From: the human T2T-CHM13v2.0 reference genome, Homo sapiens
Assembly (NCBI RefSeq): GCF_009914755.1
Contig: NC_060926.1
Direction: 5' to 3' (one strand)
DNA length: 64,000 bases
This document shows, one piece after another, positions 53,770 to 64,000 of this stretch. The stretch's first letter is position 1, and every line of letters starts with the position of its first letter. The notes beneath the pieces were generated by a model, which was not told the origin of the DNA, searched no databases, and saw only the letters and a list, made by a program, of their open reading frames with translations. The position numbers and the translations under genes are program-made.

Positions 53770-55518
53770 CTTGGCATTTCAACACTGGCTTCTCTGATTC
53801 GGTTTGACTGGGTGCTCTCGGGAGGTATTTAAAGAAGAGCTTTAAGTGGTAAAATATAAATGTGGACATCCTCTGGCCCTACATGTCATTCATCTGATGG
53901 CAGTCCTTTCTCCCTGTCTTGTCGTGGAATGGAGGATTCAGGGAGAGGAAATGAGATACTTGGATATCTTTTGTCCTGAATGTGAAAGTGTATTTTACAT
54001 GGCTTATCTAAAGAAGTTACTCTTGGCTGTTGTTGACTGATGAATTTTATCGACATTCATTTCTGTTGGCAAATAAATAAGTATATACCCAAATATTAAG
54101 AAGGTTTATTGAATCTAAAGATATGCTATTTTGCTTAAATAAGAATATACATGAGATGCTTTAATCCCTCATTTGGATCTAAGCATGAATTTTTTTAAGT
54201 TATCAGTCACTGAATTTGACTTTAGAAATAATATAATTTAGAATGTCAAAAAAGAAAATGTACAGAGGTTCATAAATTTCTTCCCATTTATTCAATTGTT
54301 ATATTAAAATGGGAGGATTGTTAATGACTCAGAAACTCGTAATCCTTCTTCATGAATTTTCAAGTTAAATGACAAATATTATTCAGTTCACATCGCACTT
54401 TTTGTTGAAAATAAAATAGTTAAAATTTAAGAAATTTTGATGATTCTCAAGCATCAGTGTATTAACTCATTCTTAACAAGAACCAATTAGAATTAGGATA
54501 TCTCTGTAATTTTAGTACGGTTTTAAGTTTCCAATAATCGTAGAAAGTCTCCTTGGTATGTAATGAAAACCTTGACCCTTTAAATGGCTATTTATATAGA
54601 TCACAAGTCTTTGAAGATTATAGGAGATAATGAGTTAAAATTGCCCCAGGAGGAAAGCTGAAGTTTTCTTCTGAATTCTCAGGGATGATATTTAATAGTT
54701 AATATTCAGTTTCTAGTGAATATTTCCCTGTATCATTAAACTGCCTTCTGATTTAGTAAAAGTCAGATAACAAAGAACCATTACACTAAATCTGGAGAAT
54801 TATATACTGAATTAATATTATCCTTTACAAGAAAATGTGGAAATGCCTATATTGAAAGTAAGACTTTTGGGTTTTATTTTTAAATTTGTGGGTAAGATTT
54901 TCAATCTGTGAATACATACTTGATATTCCCTTTGTTACTAGCTATTTCTACCACTAAAAATAATTCCTTCTTCAAAATATGTAATTTGGCTTATGGAAGA
55001 ATGTTGCTCATCTTCTCTAGGAAGATGGCTCGATTCCCCATCCTTCCTCTGTTCTCCATTCTACTCACATTTAGGAAGGATATGAACAACAACAACAATA
55101 AAACCTTGCAAAGAAAGTAAAATCGATAATGATTATATCCCTGTCTCTTTCATCTGTAAGTATAAAATTTCAACTAAATTATTCTCCTAATAGACTTGGA
55201 TACAACCCTGTGGTGGTTTCTAATGGCTCCATAATAGAGATAGTAAACCTTGTAGCTATGGTCAGGATGCCCTAGGTTTTAGTCATAAGTTGCTAATGTT
55301 TGTTTCAATAACATTTGCTCTTTGGCAGCTTTTACAGCTACTTAACACTAAATTCCCATTTAGTCAGGAGGATCATTCATATACTGTAATGAATGATGTC
55401 ACCTTAAATCCTTTACTATGTAATTGCTGGATGTTACATTTTATAGTGGGGCATTTGATGGTGTATTTGTTTATGCTAAATTTTATGACAGTGACAGCTG
55501 TATCTTGGAGGAATGACC

Positions 55519-55840
55519 TTTTTTTTTTTTTTTTTTTTTTTTTTGAGACGGAGTCTCACTCTGTCACCCAGGCTTGAGTGGAGTACAGTGGCACCGTGTT
55601 GGTTCACTGCAACCTCCGTCTCCTGAGTTCAAGCAATTCTCCTGCCTCAGTCTCCTGAGTAGCTGGTATTACAGGAACCCACCACCACACCCGGCTAATT
55701 TTTTTTTTTTTTAATATTTTTAGTAGAGACGGGGTTTCACCATGTTGGCCAAGCTGGTCTCGAACTCCTGATCTCAGGTGATTACCAGCCTTGGCCTCCC
55801 ATAGTGCTGGGATTACAGGCCTAAGCCACGGTGCCTGGCC
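55519..55840 (-). mobile_element. Alu, full length (AluS)
   Basis: Poly-T, then gagacggagtctcactctgtcacccagg ... ggtctcgaactcctgatctcaggtga ... ggtgcctggcc. Confidence 0.95.
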
Positions 55841-55904
55841 GACCCTTTTCGTTCATAGGAATCTAGTTTCAAATCTTTTTAAGCAAATAGTTTCATCATA
55901 TTTG

Positions 55905-56421
55905 CCTTCTGGCTTAGGCTAGGTTCCCCTGAAAGAAAAATTTGAGACTAGGAATTGTGTGCAAGCAGTTTATTTGATTGAAGAAAGCAGAAATTAAGAA
56001 CTAGCAAGAGTGAAACAGAAGGAAGAAAAGCCAATGCAGAACCCATTATTGAGTTGGTCATAGGGTAGCTAGGACAACTTGCCAGAATTTTCCACCCAAG
56101 GATAGACAAGATGAAGCATTTGTTCATTAGCTCCTGAGCCTTTGGTTTCTGGTTGCCTCTGGGTGGGGATAATGTCTTTAGATCTTGAGTTTCAGGCTGT
56201 TCATGGGTGGGCGTGTCAAGAAGGCTCTTTCAGGTTTCCTACCCTGTAGAACCAGGAAATATCCACAGCAGATAGTAAAAGATGTGTAACGCGTGCTGAG
56301 GCAAGATGCAGTCAGTACAAAGGAGTTGAAGTCCACACAGAACTGTTGCACCAGCTGCAGCTGTAGTGACACCCACACAGCTAAGAGGATGTGAAGCAGG
56401 GCACAGGAAGCATCTGATGCA
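55905..56421 (-). mobile_element. ERVL LTR (LTR16/LTR33-like)
   Basis: ggctaggttcccctgaaagaaaaatttgagactaggaattgtgtgcaagcagtttattt ... ggggcacaggaagcatctgatgca; adjoins ERVL internal sequence. Confidence 0.6.
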
Positions 56422-56429
56422 ATTTACCG

Positions 56430-58098
56430 CTTGCAATATTCAAATTTACTTATCTCATGTTAAATCTAATCTGTTGCCATGTCTTCAAAATGATGGCTGG
56501 CCTCAATCTCTACAAAAGAGCTAATAAAAATGTTTTTGTTTAAAAAATAAAAATAAAAAAGCTCCACTCCTCCACTGCAACTGTGTATGAGGCCATATTT
56601 GATATTTATCATCTACCACCTTCACTCATTCTAGATTTTCCTCATCTTCAGCCAGGAGGAGTTTAGTCGGTTTTGTTTGTCTGAAGGAGTCAATCGGACC
56701 TTTGTATATGCGGGGTCTGAACCTTTGATTTTTTTTTTTTTTTTTTTTTTTTACTTTGTCACGCCCTGTTCACTGTAGTTGACAGTTCACTGCTCTCATC
56801 AGGCCTAGATGTACCACAAGACATCTCACTGAATCATCTGACTTCCAGATTCATTCTTCCTCCTGCTGCTGTGCATATGCAACCTTACTTTCTCATTATA
56901 ATTAGGGTCAGCTATCCCCATGAATATAGTAGCTATTTTAGTTGCCCTCTTGTACACATCATGAGTATCCATAGTTACCATGCAGTGGTCACAGCTTTGA
57001 GTTCATGATACTTACTAATCCCTGTTAGAAGCAGAACTCTCCCGTATCCCAAGAATAAGAATATCTAATTCAGCAGAGCCAAAGTTGCAAAACCCAGAAG
57101 CATACATGCTGCAGATAGGTTACTACGGGGGCTACTCTTACTCCTACCTTTTGGTCCTTAGACCCACATATTCCACCTACTGGAGACACCATGTCATGTA
57201 ACATCATGTATCAATGGTGTGCCATGCATTGATTCAGTGAATATACTGCAACTTGGAATATTGAACCCCCAAAAAACAGGATCCTGTCTCCAAACTACTA
57301 CCTAAGCAGACACTTTAAGAGGCCACTTCATTATTAGATCAGGTTGATTTCTTCCAAGTGATGTGACATTTAGTAAGAACGGCAGATCTTAAGATCACGT
57401 GCCTGGTGTTTCATTTCCCTCATTTCCTTGATTTCAGGCAAGATCATGAATCACCCCACATTGCTAATTCAGCATTCTTAAAGATCTGGAATGGTAGGGC
57501 AGGCAGAGACACCATAATCAGAGAAAGCAAACCCATAGAATGAATCACTGTTCCCCCAAGGATGGAAGGGGTCTGATGTTGTCAGTTTGCTGTCAAACAC
57601 CTGGTTTGTCCTGAAGGGGTCAGTATCTGCCTCTGCTGCTGGAAGATCATGTAATCAGTGGTAGGTAGCCTTGGGGAGAAAAAGCCATGATGTTGAGTGT
57701 GTGCAGCATCTCCATCTCTGCCACATGGCCACTCCACTCATGGGCCTATTGTGCATGTTGTAAGTGACTAAAGAGAGGCTAAAGAACTTCAACTGACCAG
57801 TCATCTGGTACATTGGCTTACCCTCTGGTAGATGTAGACAAGGATCTGCATGCTCTGGATACATTCTTATGAATCTTCTAACATTTCCCAGGCTTCTTGT
57901 TTCTAATCTTTCAGACTGTCTCCTTCCAGGCCTCTAAAGAGCAGGAAAAGTCACCTTCCATTGCCTGGAAATCAGTCTATATTCTAACCTCAGGCTACCC
58001 TCCTCTCAAGATGGCTGCTTGCCTCTCTGTCCTGTGGGAGGATTTCTCTTCACCACAGTCCTATAAGATGACTGGGTGGGTCTACGGTGAAGCTGCAG

Positions 58099-58136
<38 letters not shown>

Positions 58137-58855
58137 TGCTCACCAACATACTGAGCTAACCCATCCATGAATCAGGCTTGAGGTTTTTTTTCATCATTCA
58201 TCAGCTGGCTTCAAGCATCTCCATGAAGCCCTAGGGGTGAACTCAGGGAGAGGCACCAGTGTTAACAGTGACAAGAAAAATGGGAATTTGAGCCATCTGT
58301 TCATGGAACTTTCTTAATCCCTCTAGACCTGTTTAGGCCAAATTCTGAATATAGCATTTCAATCCATGGATTGTTGTCCACTCTATGATTCAGTGAATTC
58401 AAAAATACCCAGGTCATCATGAGAAGCTGAAGCCATAGAGTTGTCTGATGTCATATAATTAGATATTCCTTCTCTATTCTGACCCAGCAATAGGCCAGAA
58501 GCTACTTTTCAAATGGGAAGGATATTTTTGCTGTGGAAGGTAAGGCCTTCCTCCAGAACCTTAAAGACTTTCATTGTGAGGCTGTTAGTATAACCTACCA
58601 CACACTCCACAGTAATATTATATTTCACTTTCTCACTAAATTTTCTGAATCATATTCCCAAGAGTCAAGGAGCTCACATGACAGCCTGGACCTGCTGCAG
58701 GCATTGGTAGTTATGAATAGCCACCCTGGTATATGAATGACATTCAGAAATACTCCTATTGTCCAATCTACTAACTTATCTAGTAATGACAGTCCCGGGC
58801 TTGTGGTCATATCACCCTATGAGAATATCTGAGTGAGGCCCAGATTCCTGATTGT
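56430..58855 (-). mobile_element. Decayed ERVL (class III ERV) internal region, pol remnant
   Basis: Minus-strand translation gives PFEK*LLAYCW (~58484-58516; cf. ERVL PFEKQLLACYW), A*FMDG (~58160-58177; cf. RNase H AWFTDG) and AHEWSGH (~57724-57744; cf. integrase N-terminal AHEQSGH), in the correct order. Confidence 0.8.
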
Positions 58856-58857
58856 CT

Positions 58858-58927
58858 GCAAACAGTGGCAGTTTTAAACCACTAAATATTGGGCCGGTTT
58901 GTTACAGAGCAATAGCTAATTGATACA
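58858..58927 (+). mobile_element. MLT1 (MaLR) LTR 3' end fragment
   Basis: gttttaaaccactaaatattggg..gtttgttacagagcaatagctaattgataca is the typical MLT1 3' terminus. Confidence 0.75.
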
Positions 58928-61065
58928 AGTAATATGTCTACAAATACAGTAGTTTGATTTTTACAAGAAATGGTGACATATTTGAAAGTCAAGTTCAACC
59001 GGTATTAACGGACCTTGGAAAAAAGATAATGAGACCACAGTTCTTGGTGTCAGCTTCTAATAATTAATTACCAAGCACTAGCTCCATAGAGGCTTGTAGA
59101 GAACATGCAGGTGGTGCCATTTCATCTGGTCATGTAGCTTTTCTGTTACTCAGATTGTTTACAGAAATAGCTGCCTAACAAAGTTAACTTCTAGGAAGGA
59201 TGCCAGGTTACACGGAATCATACCAGAGTCTTAGAATCACATTGGGCTTTCACCCAAAGTTTTTGCAACATTAGGTGGAGGCAATATAATTTGGCTTGAA
59301 AAGTTACAAGGGAAAAAAATGTCAGAAAATGCTCATGGAACAGGGTGTTCAGAGTCTTCAAGATAGGATCTTTCTTGGCCTCCTGAAAATCAGAGAAAAT
59401 TGTATATCTGTGATTTTTTTTTTTTTTTAATAGAACGACCCAACAGAATCCAGGGTTGTCACAGATCATTATTAGGCCAACAACTGTAGAAGTTCTAACC
59501 CCAAAATTGAGCTGTAAGACATAGGAGCAGATAGAGCTACAGTTGGAAAATCTAAACATAGTCTAAAAGTTTTGGCGCTTCAAGAGCTTCTGGGGGAAAG
59601 AAAAGAAATTTGATTTCTGTGTTGCTGATGGAAAAGCTCAAAAATTACCTGAGAAAATTGTATTTGACATATTTTTATTGCAAATGGTATTTTGCTATTT
59701 GTTTCTAAAAGTTGAAAATGACCTTGCACGTTAAAAATCATCAGTTTAGAAAAAATATGAAGTCTGTTTGCATTTGGAATTAAGTATTCCAATAATTTCT
59801 TAAATTTAAAAACTACACATAGAAAGTGTTATTATTATTTTGGAGAGTTTTCGTAGGATATTCCAGGCCAATGATACTTATCTGGGTAAGGTGAACATGC
59901 AATTCTTAGACTTGCCTTTGTTAACTTTTAGTTTTTTTCCTTCCCAAAATATATAAACAAAAAGGTTTAACTTATTTCTTTCTGAATTTTTCTGACATAA
60001 ATAAACCCAAGATAAGCATAGTGTATTCATGTTAAAGCTTCATAACGCTAAGTCTGTTCTGTCTTGGACTGAAAATTTATTTGAATTCCTTCAATTAAAT
60101 TAAAATTTAAAGTTTCAATAAAATATATTATTTCTAAATCTATTTTAGGTTAACTTCAGGAATAGAAACTGATGAAAAACAGGGGGTAAAATTATTCAGT
60201 TACATCAAACTCTAGGTGTTAAGTGATTTTTTTTCAGAGTTATTTTCGAAACTGTGTGTTCAGTTATTACTTTTTCATAGTACTGAGTAGAGCTCCAGAA
60301 ACTTGGAAGAGTCAGTTTTCAAAAATATCTAATTTATGGTTAGGAAACTGAATAACAGTCAACTATTTCCCATTGTTTCCCACTAAGTCCTTTGTTCCAC
60401 AGTTACTTTAAATAAATTTTCTCACTTCATATAAAATGCCCTTTTGATAATACTGTCAATTTATCTTCTAAAGTCAAGCAAAATTAATTTTTTCAATATA
60501 ATACAAATCAAACTATGGTGAAAATTTCAGTGATAGGAGAAGGTAGCTGAAATATATTTCAAGTACAAGCTCTAAGCAAGTAACTAAGACTTGGATTATG
60601 TAGAGTGCTTACTTTCTATTGGTGAATACTACTTTGCTGGGCCCCAAAACAGGGCAGACTAAAGGTGGTTGGTAGTTGCCATTGTATGAAGGTAGATTGC
60701 TTTTACAAAAGATACAATTTGGAAATGATATGTATCTATGATATGTTTCTTATTTTGTTCACTTAGCATATTTAAGTTTACTTATTAAAAATGAAACATT
60801 TCTGAGATAATTTTCTATTTTAATGACTCCAATCTGATTTAGAGACAGAGAGATAGAGTTCTCCTTAAATTATTTTGCATAGGGTTTCCATTGTATGGAC
60901 AAAATTCTTATGCTTTTTTTCATAAACTTTGCTCAGGATTCACTCATGTTTCTAAATAAATAAAAGATAAATAAAAATAAGTTAATGAAGAAAATACTAA
61001 CAGGACAATACAAAGGACCAAGTATCATTGGAGTTTTGGTTTATCATAGTTCCATGTATGGCCCC

Positions 61066-61366
61066 TGTATCAGCCAAAATAGGCTAAACTATGCTTTGAG
61101 AACAAATTTCTGTTGTTCAGTTCCATACTGTCTTCAGTCTGAGATCCAGGTTGATGGAATAGTCTCTTTCTGGAAGGGTGTGACAAGCAACATGTTTGCC
61201 TTTAAAGCTCTTACCTGAAAGTGGCATATGTCACGTCTGTCTTCATTTCATGGGACTAAGGAAGTCACAGAGCCAACAAAGCACAAATGCATAATCCCTC
61301 CATATGTACAGTGACGACAGGAAGAAACACTAGTTGGCATGGTAAAGAATTGTAGACCCTACCACA
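61066..61366 (-). mobile_element. Old MaLR LTR (MLT1K/L-like)
   Basis: tgtatcagccaaaataggctaaactatgct...gatccaggttgatgga...gaaagtggcatatgtcac...catttcatgggactaaggaagtcaca...ctaccaca. Confidence 0.65.
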
Positions 61367-64000
61367 GTCCCTACACAACTAAATATTCAGATCACCTGCT
61401 CAATCTAAATAAAGGTTTGCCATAGTTGTTGTTGCTGTTGTTTAAATGAGGCAAACTTTCATAAAGCCATTCCAGAGATAAAAGCACATTTAACATAATT
61501 TATTGAGTACTTGTAATTGATGGTAACATAATGACTGATTTAAAAGAACCATTCAGCTCCTTTGATAAACACTGTTAAGTGTCAAGTTATTCAACAACAT
61601 ATGTCAACCTGCATGCCGATTCATATCTATTTTTAAAATTTGGAAGTGTTGGGAATATGGGAAATTTGCATCAATAATTATTTAAGTCCAAGGCAGATGC
61701 ATAAATTATAGGAGCTGAAGGTCAAAGAATTCAGGGTGAAATAAGTATTTTCTGAAGGTGACAAAAATGAGGTAAGGGTTGAAAAGTATTTGCTTTCAGT
61801 AATTGAAATATGTAAATGGGTTTAGTCCTTTTTCCAATAGTAAATGAATGTATGTTATACATCATCAAATGAATTGGTATTCTATTCACAGATATTTGTA
61901 TACCATTTTTAAAGATATAAAGTGCATACATATCCTACATAAATGTTTTTGGCATGTTGGGAAATGCTCTGCTGAGAAGATATGCTGTTGAGTATCTTTG
62001 TTATTGGAATAATTGTTTTTTGGTATACAAATATTTAGCACAAAAAATATTTTCTCTAGCTAGTTTTATGAAATATATCCATGTGGGCATGTATACTAAA
62101 GTGATAATATTAGAATGGATCACAGATAGAATGATGGCCATTAATGTAAATTGCTCAATAGAAAGAAAACCCCACATTTTGCTTGGGAAAAAACCATCTG
62201 TATTTTCAGAATGAGGCATAAACCTCATTTTTAATGCTCTAGATTTGTTACAACAAGTAAAAACTACTCTAATTTTAGCAAAAGTACCAACTAGAGTCAG
62301 TGAAAAATGATTGCAATTCAACTCTATGTATGTAACTATCATGGCAAACTAATTTTATAGAGTGTAGTTTTTTTTTTTTTTCCACTTTGAAGAGATTGGT
62401 GTTAAATCCTATTTTTCTAATGTAGAGCATATTGGTTTAAAACAACAAACAAAAAGGCCCTCAAACAACAGTCCCAGTAAACCAAGTTGCAATTAGCTGC
62501 CACTCCTGGGAAATATTCTAGGATATGTGGCTGGCACTTGAAAAATTTACACCTTCTGAGGAAAAGCAGAAAAATTCTGTCAAACAATTAAACTGATTGG
62601 AATTCCCAAGAATATAAAAAACCAAAATGAGTCTTATGTTAGAAAAGAATGGGAAATAGTTCTATATATGGCTGCAAATTGGAGCAGAACAAGTAAAAGA
62701 TTTTTTGCACCTTGTATAAATCATTTTTTTTCTTTAGAACAAATAGGAAAGTCAAGGAAAAACTCATTGTACTAGTTTATTTTTAAAAATTACACGTTAG
62801 AGTTTGAAAATGTAATTAGTTAAATTACCTCAAAATAGCAATAGGACAGAGAGTTGTTAGTAATATTTTTGGATAAATGTATGAGATGGTTGTTAGATCT
62901 ATGTATGAATATACATTGGACAACCAAGTTGGTTAAAAGTAAAAATCCGTATATTACTGTTAAAGAATGTAGAAAATATCAAGATGAGAAATATTCAAAT
63001 TAAGAGTAAGATAGAAGAAGAAATTGGCACTTCTAAGATTCAATTAGGATAAACTCTTATAACTTTGATTAAAAGAAAACTATGCAGTACAATGGAAAGG
63101 GAAAGACCCTATTGTATCTGCCTTTCCTAAGTAAATATATTCCAAAGTGTTATAAAAATTTAGACATCTTAGATTCTCAAGGAAATAAAATGTTTTCTTG
63201 TTTAAAACGCTGTGTGTTTGGCAGATATCTTGAAGAAAGAGAAAAGACTATGGTTTGCATGTTTCCTATGCCAAATATTTCTATGCTAACATCTTCAAAT
63301 ATGGGTTCATTACGTTCAAATTCCCTAATTTATATAGAAATTAAAAGCTTATTAAAGTAATGCTTCTCAAACTTTTCCATTAATAAGTCTCTAAAGAGAG
63401 AATAAAGTACTTTGAAAGTCTGGAGAGCGGTCAGAGATAAAGATATAGATTTAGGGATTTTCAGAATTTAGATGATATTTAACACATGAGGTTGAATTTT
63501 TGCCATTAAAGCTGTAATTTTTGTCACATATAAAAGAAATGAGTCTTACGGAAGTCATGATCCTTACAATCAACTTGCTCTTCAGTTCCTAAATTTCACT
63601 ATCATAGTGATTTGATTGTATTTTTTATAACAGTACTCCTTTTCAGCTGATGGCAGAGACTCTTGATCTCTGAATTAATATAGCCTCAATGAGTCATCCT
63701 TCATTAGTAAGATGAAGAATGAATTCTCTTTTACCCAATTAGGCTCTGAGCATTTTCCATGAAGATGAAGCACAAAATAATCCTGAATTTTAAATCTCTG
63801 AGTTGGTTATGCATATACACCTTCCAATTGGAAAAAGTGTTTCAAATCACTTCCTATAAGTTATAAATGTGTTAGTTTTTTTTTAAGTCAAGCTACTTTT
63901 AAAATATTTATTTTTACTATTTCTTTGATTATACTGAGAAAATCAAGAGGAAAATTATTTAAAATAAATCATTCTCAGGGATATACTGGCCACAGGTTTA

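Overview
Primate DNA, most likely human (it carries AluY, AluS, AluJ and L1PA elements). The window lies wholly inside a large + strand gene that I recognise as ARHGAP15 (Rho GTPase-activating protein 15). Three short coding exons (62, 88 and 90 nt; probably exons 4-6) splice in frame to encode the N-terminal part of the PH domain: MVEKEGYLQKAKIADGGKKLRKNWSTSWIVLSSRRIEFYKESKQQALSNMKTGHKPESVDLCGAHIEWAKEKSSRKNVFQ. The rest is AT-rich intron containing Alus, L1, L2, MIR, MaLR/ERVL LTRs, a decayed ERVL pol remnant and DNA-transposon fossils. The supplied ORF track is essentially noise. I see no clearly new protein-coding system. The most notable structure is a set of inverted-repeat (potential dsRNA) features around the exons: a ~313-bp palindromic element just after the 88-nt exon, an inverted Tigger3 pair, a local inverted duplication inserted in a MIR, and +/- Alu pairs bracketing every exon of a frame-closed, ATG-initiated, stop-free exon block (a candidate circRNA). 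Also present are a strong CTCF motif, a twin-primed L1, and a candidate alternative terminal exon. All repeat family names come from recalled consensus sequences, not from a database search.
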